Program-made: the position numbers and the translations under genes
Shown here: one piece after another, positions 10,771 through 18,622 of the stretch
Numbering within the stretch: the stretch's first letter is position 1
How the letters are laid out: each line of letters starts with the position of its first letter
Source: a virus
Lineage: Duplodnaviria > Caudoviricetes
DNA: 64,000 nt
IMG/VR virus record: IMGVR_UViG_3300034071_001727
Coordinates: 460-64,459 of that record
Direction: 5' to 3' (one strand)
Notes under the pieces: model-generated
Told to the model about the DNA's origin: nothing
Seen by the model: only the letters and a program-made list of their open reading frames with translations
Database searches by the model: none

Positions 10771-10796
10771 CCATTTTGCCGACGCCAACAAAATGG

Positions 10797-11075
10797 TCAG
10801 CCGAGGGTGCCAAGCCCGAACAGGCCGACCACGACCGACGCCCCAATGAGCCCGGCCCACGGGTTCATGGGGCGCGCGGCTGACTTCGAGTAGATCCAGG
10901 CGCAGCCCTGCACGACGGCATAGATGATGCTCAGCATCGTGATGACGGTCGGCACAAGGTGGCCGGGCTCCGTGGGGCCTTGGCGCTCGATCAGCAGCCC
11001 GAACAGCAGGGCCAGCCCGATGAACCATGCCAGCCCGATCAGGGCTTTCGGTGTTTCGCTTGTCGTATCAGCCAT
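10797..11075 (-). CDS. Small 3-TM membrane protein downstream of the integrase
   Basis: GGAG SD before the ATG at 11075; three hydrophobic segments. Confidence 0.65.
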   Translation of the reverse strand: MADTTSETPKALIGLAWFIGLALLFGLLIERQGPTEPGHLVPTVITMLSIIYAVVQGCAWIYSKSAARPMNPWAGLIGASVVVGLFGLGTLG

Positions 11076-11154
11076 GTCACGGTTCTCCGGAGTGCGTGGG
11101 TCACAGCCCTCCAGAAGCGGGCGACTTCGGCCGCGCGGCGGGTGGGCCACACGA

Positions 11155-12306
11155 TTATGCCCCCGGCAGGCAGAAGTCCGCCCAGGCCTGCATGAGCACC
11201 GCCCGCTTCTCGATCAGCTGGCCGCGGCGGTAGGCCGCTTCCACCTTGTTGCGGATCGTGTGCGCCAGCGCCATTTCGGCGACCTCATGCGTGGTGTTGG
11301 TCTGTTCGGACGTCCAGTCGCGAAACGCTGATCGGAAGCCATGCGTGGTGTACGGCAGCCCGAAGCCCTTCGGCGGCGGGCGCTGCAGCAGGTAGAGCAT
11401 GGCGTTCTCGGAGAGCGCGAAGGGCGGTTTGTCCCGGGGCATGGACTCGAGAACGCCCAGCGCCTGGCGCGAGAGCGGCACGACGTGCTCCCTGCCGGCC
11501 TTCATGCGCACCGCGGGAATCGTCCAGGTCGCTGCCTTCAGGTCGAACTCGGGCCAGTCGGCGCCGGTGACCTCGCCGGTGCGTGCGGCGGTCAGCACCG
11601 TGAATGCCAGCGCCATGCGGCTCAGGCTGGATCCAGACCGCAGCGAGGCCATGAAAGCCGGCACGTCCGCGTAGGGCATGGCCGCGTGGTTTTCGACCTT
11701 GCGCACCTTCGTGGGCGGCGGCAGCAGGTGTTTCAGGTGCCCCTTCCAGCGCGCCGGGTTCTCCCCGACGACGGCGCCGCCGGCGCGCTCGGCATCCCAG
11801 ATGCGCTCAATGCGCGCTCGCAGCCGCGTGGCCGTTTCGGTCTTCTCAGTCCAGATCGCCCGCAGGCAGCGCAGCACCATGGCTGTGTCGACGGCGCCGA
11901 CAGGCTTGTCGAAGGCCGGGCCGTAGTCGACCAGGGATTGCCGCCACTGCGCTTCCTGCGCGTCATTCTTCCAGCCGACGGCCTGCGCGCGCAGAAAGTC
12001 CCCGACCGCATCGCCCCATGTGCGTTCAGGCCGGGCCCTGGCCGCGTCTCGGGCGTCGATCGGGTCGATACCATCGGCGCGCAGCTTCCGTTGCGCTGCG
12101 GCGCGCGCGCGGGCCTCGGCAAGGGTAAAGTCCTGCAGGGAGCCAAGCCCCATGTCTCGAGGCCGGCCGAAGCAGCGGAAGCGGAAGATCCAGCTTCGTG
12201 CCCCGGTGGGGCGGACCAGCAGGTACAGACCGCCGCCGTCCGAGTGCATCCCCGGGCCCAGATTCGCGATGCCCTTGGCGGTGAGTTTGTGGAGCGAGCG
12301 TCCCAT
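11155..12306 (-). CDS. int: P4-type tyrosine integrase with arm-binding N-domain
   Basis: HSDGGGLYL..SWIFR..LG arm domain; catalytic TAARTGE, HGFR, LAH and AAYRR. Confidence 0.95.
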   Translation of the reverse strand: MGRSLHKLTAKGIANLGPGMHSDGGGLYLLVRPTGARSWIFRFRCFGRPRDMGLGSLQDFTLAEARARAAAQRKLRADGIDPIDARDAARARPERTWGDAVGDFLRAQAVGWKNDAQEAQWRQSLVDYGPAFDKPVGAVDTAMVLRCLRAIWTEKTETATRLRARIERIWDAERAGGAVVGENPARWKGHLKHLLPPPTKVRKVENHAAMPYADVPAFMASLRSGSSLSRMALAFTVLTAARTGEVTGADWPEFDLKAATWTIPAVRMKAGREHVVPLSRQALGVLESMPRDKPPFALSENAMLYLLQRPPPKGFGLPYTTHGFRSAFRDWTSEQTNTTHEVAEMALAHTIRNKVEAAYRRGQLIEKRAVLMQAWADFCLPGA

Positions 12307-12516
12307 ACTCTGTCCCATACACGCGCGTGGCATATCATGGCGGTCTATGGCGGTCTATGGCAAGGGAAGCCGCGCGGCGCCTCGCGCTGGTGCGGTACAT
12401 GGCGGTCCATGGCGGCGATGCGCCGGACTCCTTCTCCGCCATACAAACGCCGAAGGCCCTGAGAAATCAGGGCCTTTCGCGTTCTTGGGCCTGACGTCCC
12501 ACACCCTGTCCCATAC
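12300..12516. mobile_element. attP: core CTCCTTCTCCGCCA (12428-12441), paired arm-type repeats and 10-bp accessory repeats
   Basis: GTCCCAYAC at 12300, 12312, 12496 and 12508; ATGGCGGTCY-type repeats at 12337-12366 and 12399-12418. The core ends in CTCCGCCA like a tRNA-Ser 3' end. Confidence 0.75.
12446..12486. terminator. Probably bidirectional intrinsic terminator next to the att core
   Basis: AAGGCCCTGA-GAAA-TCAGGGCCTT hairpin extended by AACGC/GCGTT. Confidence 0.7.
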
Positions 12517-12697
12517 TCGGGGCGGCGCTTACGGCAGCATCCGCAGCCGCCCTGATCTTGTCGCCGACCCTCTCCCAACAGTCTGAGCGCCACCCCGCAT
12601 AGTGCGGGCCTTCGTCCTGGTATCCGTCGCACGCCTCCAGCAGCTTTTCAAGCTGCTCGGGCGTCAGGTCGATCGTGATCCGAATCTGCTTGTCCAT
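12467..12697 (-). CDS. Hypothetical protein, last gene of the leftward operon
   Basis: GGAGG SD; the ORF runs over the right arm sites. Confidence 0.55.
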   Translation of the reverse strand: MDKQIRITIDLTPEQLEKLLEACDGYQDEGPHYAGWRSDCWERVGDKIRAAADAAVSAAPSMGQGVGRQAQERERP

Positions 12698-12876
12698 GTC
12701 CACCCCTCCCCGCCCGCGTCGGTTCGGGGCTGTTCGGTGGTCGGCTCAGACCACTGGATGTCGATCCTCTGGACGACCCACCATCCCGCAACGGCTATCG
12801 CGATCACGCCGACTGCTGCGAGCACCAGCAGAACCTTGAAACAGCCTTCGAGCCCGTCAAAGTTCGGGACCATCAC
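12664..12876 (-). CDS. Small single-TM protein
   Basis: Hydrophobic stretch VLLVLAAVGVIAIAVAGWW; adjacent to its neighbours. Confidence 0.55.
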   Translation of the reverse strand: MMVPNFDGLEGCFKVLLVLAAVGVIAIAVAGWWVVQRIDIQWSEPTTEQPRTDAGGEGWTWTSRFGSRST

Positions 12877-13173
12877 TTACCCCTCCCTCGCCGCGCGGGC
12901 GGCGTCGTCTGCGGGCGGCTCTGGCACCCAATAGACTCGCCTGCTGCGCCCTGTGTATCCACATTCCGGGCAACCGCCGCCGTAGGATCGGTCCGGGTAG
13001 TAGCCCTCGTAGCAGCCGCTGCAAGCCTCCGACCATCGGATCAAGACATAGACCAGCGAGCCGGTGAGATTGCACGGCACTCCATCTTCCGGCGTCGCGT
13101 AGCGGCGGCGTCTATCGAGTCTGCCGCCGTGAAGCTGCTCGGCTTCCGCGATTGAAAGGTCACGCATGCTCAT
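12877..13173 (-). CDS. Zinc-finger-like hypothetical protein
   Basis: CSGC and CPECG pairs; ATGA coupling. Confidence 0.65.
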   Translation of the reverse strand: MSMRDLSIAEAEQLHGGRLDRRRRYATPEDGVPCNLTGSLVYVLIRWSEACSGCYEGYYPDRSYGGGCPECGYTGRSRRVYWVPEPPADDAARAAREG

Positions 13174-14339
13174 GACGGCTCCCTCGCCGCGCGGGCGGCC
13201 AGTATTTCGCGCGCCTTGCGCACGGGATCAAGGTCGCGCTCGACTCGACGCGGCAGGTCGCCGCGAGCTTTGACTTCGGCTTCGAGATCATCGGCACACT
13301 CGGCGCGGAGGCGGTGGGCAGCAGAGAGAACAGAGTCCGGGCAGTTCTTGTCAGCGCCAAGTGCGGAAGCGACAGCATCCCACTGAGCCTTTGCCTCGAT
13401 CGTCTGTGGGTGCTTCATCCACTCCCGCTCTAACTCTGCGCGTGCGGCGTCCGACCTGCGCTGTAGCGCGGCCCGAATCTGTTCTGGCGCGTCTCGCTTG
13501 AAGTCGATGGATGGATGCGCGGTGTTGTCCTGCATTTCGCCATCGTCTCGATAGGCCCGCATTCCAGCGTGCGCACTGCAAAGCAAATCCCGCAGCGACT
13601 CGTTCTCGGCGCGGAGGAGGTCGCGGTCGGCCTCGGCTTCGGCCCGCAGCTCGTGCGCGGTCTTGCCGGCCACCCGCTGGACAGTGACCACAAAAGCTTC
13701 ACCGGGTGCAGAGTGCTGAGAGGTGAAGCTGAGCTGCAGGTAATTCACAGCCGCGCTGTCGGCGTATTGCTTCGCCAGAATCTCCGCAAGCAGCTGTGCG
13801 CCACCGCCTTCAAGCGATAGAGAAAGCCCTCCGTTTTCGACAGCGATGTCGAGGATTCGAGTTCCGCCGGCTACTGCGTCGGCTATTGCGTCGGCAGCAA
13901 TTTCACGCTGCCGACCGACCTCCCGCTCCAGCTCCGCGACCCTCTCACGCAGCGAGTCCCTGTCAACGGCGAGAAGCAAATATTCCTCCTGCGCTGCTGC
14001 CATTGCCTGACGAAGCTTCTCGCCCTCGCCGCACGCCTCGTCATAGTCGGCGCGAAGCTGGCGCACTGCATCGACAGCGCGAGGGGCAAGCCGCCAGTTT
14101 TCTTTGCCGTCCGGGTCGGACCCGCTCAGGCGGAAGCACTGGCCGAGCTGGTCCCGCAGCGGCCCCGCCACCTGCTCGTCGCAGGCCGCGAAACACTGAG
14201 CGCCGTAGTTCTCGACCTCTGCGCGCAGGCTTTGGTCGACTTCCTTCGCTTGCCTCCAAGTAAGCCAGCCCGAATCGCGCAGGGTAGTGCGCAGCTCCGG
14301 CTCTCCCGGCAACACCGGCCCCGCGTTGGTGTTAGTCAT
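13170..14339 (-). CDS. Ead/Ea22-like mosaic coiled-coil early protein
   Basis: AGGAG SD; repeated coiled-coil linkers (LRERVAELE, LRAENESLR); position near int. Confidence 0.65.
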   Translation of the reverse strand: MTNTNAGPVLPGEPELRTTLRDSGWLTWRQAKEVDQSLRAEVENYGAQCFAACDEQVAGPLRDQLGQCFRLSGSDPDGKENWRLAPRAVDAVRQLRADYDEACGEGEKLRQAMAAAQEEYLLLAVDRDSLRERVAELEREVGRQREIAADAIADAVAGGTRILDIAVENGGLSLSLEGGGAQLLAEILAKQYADSAAVNYLQLSFTSQHSAPGEAFVVTVQRVAGKTAHELRAEAEADRDLLRAENESLRDLLCSAHAGMRAYRDDGEMQDNTAHPSIDFKRDAPEQIRAALQRRSDAARAELEREWMKHPQTIEAKAQWDAVASALGADKNCPDSVLSAAHRLRAECADDLEAEVKARGDLPRRVERDLDPVRKAREILAARAAREPS

Positions 14340-14348
14340 GGCGTGCTC

Positions 14349-14547
14349 CTATTCTGACTCAAATCGGGTTTCGCAGACATTGCATTCGTACAAATTGGGG
14401 GATTTCCTATCGGGCTTGTGGAATACGTTGCATCCGCAATTGCACCGAAATGGTTTCCCCCCCTACGCGGACTGTGAAGTTTTCAACATCCCCGGAAGTG
14501 GTGCGAACTGCGTTTGCGTAACGGTCATGGACAGGCAGACAATTCAT
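14349..14547 (-). pseudogene. Zinc-ribbon protein gene frameshifted at a G7 tract
   Basis: Starts with an ATGA overlap at 14547. Removing one G at 14457-14463 gives ..VGGKPFRCNCGCNVFHKPDRKSPNLYECNVCETRFESE*, which ends at the next gene's SD. Confidence 0.65.
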
Positions 14548-14828
14548 TCTGGCGCGCTCCCGTAGACCTTGGCGATGGCGGTGTCCACTTTGCGCCAGAA
14601 AATGTTAGGCCCGCCGTGGGTTTCTTCGTCGATCATTTCCAACGCCTCCAAACACTCCAGCGCCCCGCATTCGGTGAGGGCGGCTTGGGCTGCAAGAATC
14701 AGATTTTCGCTCTCGTTGGCCCACAGCTCGCTGTCTGACTCTTCCATCTGCCGTGCGACTGCTCTGCACAGTCCGCGCGCCGCCTTCATCACCATCGGGT
14801 GAATGCCGCCGTCGTTTGTCGTGGTCAT
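14544..14828 (-). CDS. Hypothetical protein, paralog A1
   Basis: AGGAG SD; first ~62 aa nearly identical to 15293-15598. Confidence 0.8.
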   Translation of the reverse strand: MTTTNDGGIHPMVMKAARGLCRAVARQMEESDSELWANESENLILAAQAALTECGALECLEALEMIDEETHGGPNIFWRKVDTAIAKVYGSAPE

Positions 14829-14862
14829 GCGTGTCTCCTGTTGATTGGCGAGGGTGGCCGGT
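14641..14862. repeat. Direct repeat copy 1 (T/acceptor end, SD and 5' coding part); copy 2 at 15408-15632
   Basis: Near-identical sequence with one 3-nt indel. Confidence 0.9.
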
Positions 14863-14938
14863 GCTGATCTCCGGCTTTGCGGTGTTTATTCAGGTTTCCC
14901 GCTCACCTGTTCGCGCATCAGCCTGCGCATTCACCCTC
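14846..14938 (-). ncRNA. tRNA-like structured RNA 1 (ends GCCA)
   Basis: 7-bp GAGGGTG/CACCCTC stem, GCGCA/TGCGC hairpin, GCCGG/CCGGC hairpin; the two loops are complementary. Confidence 0.6.
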
Positions 14939-15296
14939 TGGCCTGAACCCTGTCGCCAAGGCGCAACCTGACAAATCCATCAACCATCTTGTCTTTGATT
15001 TCGTTATCACGAACCCACTCCCTGAAAGCCTTGTCTGCATCTTTCCTGTAATAGTGCTCTTGCATTGGCATTTCTTGCACTACGACGCTATTTCCCTCTG
15101 GCAGCCACACGGATGCCTTGCCTCTTAGATAGCCTGGCCTTTCTGCATAAGATGAAAATCTTCCCCTTGGCGCTGGTGAAAAAGAAGAAGCCAGCAACCC
15201 ACAGTTATTCCCGGACATGTCTTTCATGAAAAACTCCAGCCCGCCTCGCTGAGACCCTAGCCCAGTTGATAGCACGAACTTAAATGATTCATTCAT
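14931..15296 (-). CDS. Hypothetical protein, AT-richer cargo
   Basis: ATGA coupling to the upstream gene; stop lies inside GAGGGTGA of RNA 1. Confidence 0.65.
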   Translation of the reverse strand: MNESFKFVLSTGLGSQRGGLEFFMKDMSGNNCGLLASSFSPAPRGRFSSYAERPGYLRGKASVWLPEGNSVVVQEMPMQEHYYRKDADKAFREWVRDNEIKDKMVDGFVRLRLGDRVQARG

Positions 15297-15598
15297 ATCT
15301 CTATGCCCGCTGAATTGATCGCGTCCTCCACAATTTGGATATCGAAGTCTTCCATTACAACCCACTCGTCCGCCCCGCCGCCGCCCAAGTTATCATGGAC
15401 GTGAATCAACGCCTTCAAACACTCCAGCGCCCCGCATTTGGTGAGGGCGGCTTGGGCTGCAAGAATCAGATTTTCGCTCTCGTTGGCCCACAGCTCGCTG
15501 TCTGACTCTCGCATCTGCCGTGCGACTTCTCTGCACAGTCCGCGCGCCGCCTTCATCACCATCGGGTGGGCCGGGCCGCGGTCGTTTGTCGTGGTCAT
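15293..15598 (-). CDS. Hypothetical protein, paralog A2
   Basis: AGGAG SD; same N-terminus as A1, different acidic C-terminus. Confidence 0.8.
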   Translation of the reverse strand: MTTTNDRGPAHPMVMKAARGLCREVARQMRESDSELWANESENLILAAQAALTKCGALECLKALIHVHDNLGGGGADEWVVMEDFDIQIVEDAINSAGIEI

Positions 15599-15615
15599 TC
15601 GTGTCTCCTGTTGAT

Positions 15616-15726
15616 TTGCGAGGGTGGCCGGGTGCGAGTCCGGCATGGCGGTGAACAGGCAGTTGCCCCACATAACGTTGCCGCCGCGTGTCCTCTTAGC
15701 GGGTCGCCCCCGCGTGCAACACCCTC
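15616..15726 (-). ncRNA. tRNA-like structured RNA 2 (ends GCAA)
   Basis: Same acceptor-like and T-like stems as RNA 1 with a different interior. Confidence 0.55.
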
Positions 15727-15764
15727 GGGCCTGAACCCTGTCGCCAAGGCGCAGGCCGGAGAGT

Positions 15765-15792
15765 GCCCGCCTTTCACGGCGGCGGGCTGCCG
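15765..15792 (-). repeat. 28-nt pseudoknot-like repeat, copy a
   Basis: CGGCAGCCCGCCGCCGTGAAAGGCGGGC, three exact copies. Confidence 0.9.
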
Positions 15793-15878
15793 ATCAGCGC
15801 TGCGATGGCACTAGCCGGTCGCATATTCCGCAGCGCTACATTCAGTTCCCGGCTTTCGACCCGCCGGGCAGTGGTGGC

Positions 15879-15906
15879 GCCCGCCTTTCACGGCGGCGGG
15901 CTGCCG
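15879..15906 (-). repeat. 28-nt pseudoknot-like repeat, copy b
   Basis: Exact copy; supplies the TGA stop of the upstream ORF. Confidence 0.9.
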
Positions 15907-16169
15907 GAGCCAACAGGGGGCCAGCTCCAGCGGGTAGACATAGCGGCTTGCTCAGCACGATCGAGCTCGGCAGCGTGTAGATGCTCAGCCCAGCCGTCTG
16001 CGCGCCAGACCATCGGGTGCCGCACACCGCGGATGCGGCTGGGATCGCCCAGGTAGATGAAATCGACGTGCGCCCGAACGTCCGCAGGCACAGCTGCCTT
16101 CGCTTCGAAGAAAAGCTGGTGTGTCCTCGCGCGCACGTAGACGCGGAACTTCCGATGTTCCTCAGCCAC
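15888..16169 (-). CDS. Hypothetical protein (93 aa)
   Basis: GTG start overlapping the AlpA-gene end, with AAGGGG upstream. Confidence 0.55.
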   Translation of the reverse strand: MAEEHRKFRVYVRARTHQLFFEAKAAVPADVRAHVDFIYLGDPSRIRGVRHPMVWRADGWAEHLHAAELDRAEQAAMSTRWSWPPVGSGSPPP

Positions 16170-16452
16170 GCCGGAGCCCCTTCGCTGATCGCGCCGGCGG
16201 CAGGGTGGCAATCTCCCAGCGCACGAAGGCGTCGATGACGCTGGCATTCCAGACGATCGTAGCGCCGCGGCGCTGCCCTTCCGGCGCGCGGCCTTCCTTG
16301 ATTGCTCGCCGCCATCCGCTTTCGCTGTAGCGCGTGCGCTCCAGGACGTCCGGCAGTCGGAGCCAAGCGGGCGCGGCGTGATCCTCGCCCATGTAGGCCG
16401 CCCATGGTGGTGGCGGATCGGGCTGCTGGTGCGGGTGCGTGGCTGTGCTCAT
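16162..16452 (-). CDS. AlpA-family excisionase / recombination directionality factor
   Basis: WLRLPDVLERTRYSESGWRRAIKEGRAP..GATIVWNASVIDAF winged HTH. Confidence 0.8.
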   Translation of the reverse strand: MSTATHPHQQPDPPPPWAAYMGEDHAAPAWLRLPDVLERTRYSESGWRRAIKEGRAPEGQRRGATIVWNASVIDAFVRWEIATLPPARSAKGLRRG

Positions 16453-16460
16453 GGATGCGC

Positions 16461-16802
16461 TCAGTCCGGCTGATTAGCCGAGGGGTTCATGAAAGTCACG
16501 GGCGACAGCTCGATACGTGCCCGCTCGTTTGCTTCTACGAGCTTCACCTTGCTGTTCTCGATGTGCGCCTTGATCACCGATACGGCCAGCACCGGACTTA
16601 CCTGGAAAAGGCGATGGCCTGCCTCGCCACAGGGGATGCCGAGCTGAAGGTGCTGCGCCCTTCCAAATGCGTCTTTCAGCGTGGGCGCGTACTTGTCAAT
16701 TTCCCACTTCATCCGCTCTGCCATGTCGGCAAGCAGCTTTTCCCCCGCCTCAATCTCGCGATGGGCGGCATAGATCAAGCTGGCTGTTTCTTGAGTGATC
16801 AT
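16461..16802 (-). CDS. Hypothetical phage protein (113 aa)
   Basis: AGGA SD, operon context. Confidence 0.7.
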   Translation of the reverse strand: MITQETASLIYAAHREIEAGEKLLADMAERMKWEIDKYAPTLKDAFGRAQHLQLGIPCGEAGHRLFQVSPVLAVSVIKAHIENSKVKLVEANERARIELSPVTFMNPSANQPD

Positions 16803-16824
16803 CGTCTTTTCCTGTAGGGGTGGG

Positions 16825-16852
16825 GCCCGCCTTTCACGGCGGCGGGCTGCCG
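16825..16852 (-). repeat. 28-nt pseudoknot-like repeat, copy c
   Basis: Exact copy just upstream of an SD. Confidence 0.9.
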
Positions 16853-17127
16853 GGCTCGCCCGTATGGCGTCGGGCTTGCAAGCCTGCGCGTCGGCAAACG
16901 CGCCGGCCCACTCTCAAAGCTGCCTGCGCATCACTACTCCGGAAATTCCGGAGGACTGAATCAAAGCCCCGTATCGCCGGGGCCACGCGGGGCCGTGTAG
17001 CTGGTTCCGGGGGGAGACGCCCCAGCGTTACGACCACTTCCCGTGCCTGCTTCCCGGTGGGCGGCGGGTTGCCCCTCGGCTACGTCCATGCAGCCGAACC
17101 GCGGCAGGCTCGCAGTACGCTCAGAAG

Positions 17128-17616
17128 TTAGATGTGCGTCGAAAAGTCGGAGTTGGCGCGAAGGTCGCGCAGTCGATGCCTGGCCGTGATCAGCGCGCGG
17201 GCTGCGCGCAGGCGCGCGTGCTGCAGCTCGCTCCACAGCTCGGGGTTGTCAGCAGGCGTGACGGGCTTGTCCTGGTGGATTGCCTGCTGCATGGCGTCAT
17301 CGATCAGGGTCTGGAACTTCGTGGTGCATCCGACCAGCGCGCCGAAAGCGTTGACGTACTCTCCTGTCGCCTGTCGCCGGCCTGCGAGCAGCCCCGCGTG
17401 ATAGGCAGGCATCTGGTTCAGCGGCTGTGCGCCGAAGTAGCGCACCCACAGCAGGCAGCGGCGCACGCTGGCAGCCACCACGTTGAGCCCGAGGGGCATC
17501 ACGATCGTGGAGCGCTTGAAAGGCGTCTGCCACGCCACGCCAAAGCCGCGGGGGATACCCTGGTTCATGTCGAGCTCGCGGACGAACAGGCCGATCAGAG
17601 CATTGAGGATCTTCAT
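17128..17616 (-). CDS. Hypothetical protein (162 aa)
   Basis: GGAG SD, operon context. Confidence 0.7.
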   Translation of the reverse strand: MKILNALIGLFVRELDMNQGIPRGFGVAWQTPFKRSTIVMPLGLNVVAASVRRCLLWVRYFGAQPLNQMPAYHAGLLAGRRQATGEYVNAFGALVGCTTKFQTLIDDAMQQAIHQDKPVTPADNPELWSELQHARLRAARALITARHRLRDLRANSDFSTHI

Positions 17617-17666
17617 GGGTGCGCTCCAAGGCTCCGCCGGCGCGCGGCCGGCGGGCCAGTGCTGGA

Positions 17667-18566
17667 TCAGGGGGTGAAGGTGCCGATGAAGCCGGGCACG
17701 TCGAGCTGACCGCGCAGCAGCTCATGGAACTCCACGGCCATCTGCTTGTTGAGCTCTTCGAGGCCTACCAGGCGCAGGGCCATGCGGATGCCGGTGCGTT
17801 CGTCGGCCGGGTAGGCGGTCAGCACCACGGTGACGGCGCGCCAGGCCAGATCCTCGTAGGGCTTGAGCTGGAAGATGAAGCCGGTGGGCAGCTCCACGCC
17901 GCCGCTGCTCAACTGCACGCTCTCGAAGCTGGACAGCTCGACGCCGTGGGAAGCCAGCGCGCTCTGCTGCGCGCGCTTCTCGTCGACCTTGACGTTCAGC
18001 AGAGCCTGAATCGCCGCGGACACCTGGACGGGGCGCGCCTCGGCCTCAGTGATCAGGCCGCCGCCGCCGAAGAGCGGCGTGATGATCGAGCGCCAGTCAG
18101 TGAGGAAGTCGGCCATGTCGCGCTGGCTGTGCTTCTGGCCAGCGAAGGCGAGCAGCGCCATCCACTCGGGCGACTTGACCAGCTTGAGCACGCTGCGATC
18201 GTCGCAGTGCCCGGGCTCTTCGATCCCGCCCAGGTTGTGGATGGCGGTGGCGTCAAACGCTTCCGGGTCGATGAACAGCACGGTGCTATCGGTGAGCTCG
18301 ATCGTGAGCGCGGGATTCTGCGCGCCTTTTTCGTTGAGGATCGCGATTTCTTCAATACGCGCCTTCACGTAGTGGACGAACGCCTGCAGCGATCGCGTCT
18401 TGAAGGTGCCGCGAAAACGATCGCGCTCAGGGCGCAGGTTTTCGAGGCTGACTACCTTGTCCCCCAACAGCAGCGCGTGCGGCATGTCGGTGCGGTGGTG
18501 GAACTTGTTGGCGTCCTGTGAATTGATGGCTAAGGCTTCGATGCGTTGAATTGCTGCAGCTTCCAT
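17667..18566 (-). CDS. DUF2303 (YfdQ-like) protein
   Basis: SLE..R.RFRG, NLG....PGH.D, SQRDMADFLTDW, PYEDL, FIGTF motifs. Confidence 0.85.
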   Translation of the reverse strand: MEAAAIQRIEALAINSQDANKFHHRTDMPHALLLGDKVVSLENLRPERDRFRGTFKTRSLQAFVHYVKARIEEIAILNEKGAQNPALTIELTDSTVLFIDPEAFDATAIHNLGGIEEPGHCDDRSVLKLVKSPEWMALLAFAGQKHSQRDMADFLTDWRSIITPLFGGGGLITEAEARPVQVSAAIQALLNVKVDEKRAQQSALASHGVELSSFESVQLSSGGVELPTGFIFQLKPYEDLAWRAVTVVLTAYPADERTGIRMALRLVGLEELNKQMAVEFHELLRGQLDVPGFIGTFTP

Positions 18567-18622
18567 GGGTGTTCCTCAGTAGTAAAAGGGGAGTCCGGCG
18601 GATCCGCCGCCGGCGCGGTGGA

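Noticed and set aside
12428-12441. Complete host tRNA or a prophage boundary
   Set aside because: Only a 3'-end fragment is present and both flanks are phage-like, so it is read as attP.
14846-14938. Canonical tRNA gene
   Set aside because: There is no TTCRA T-loop, no standard D-arm spacing and no 7-nt anticodon loop; kept only as tRNA-like.
15765-16852. 28-nt repeats as a CRISPR array
   Set aside because: The spacings are 86 and 918 nt, the intervals contain genes, and there are no cas genes.
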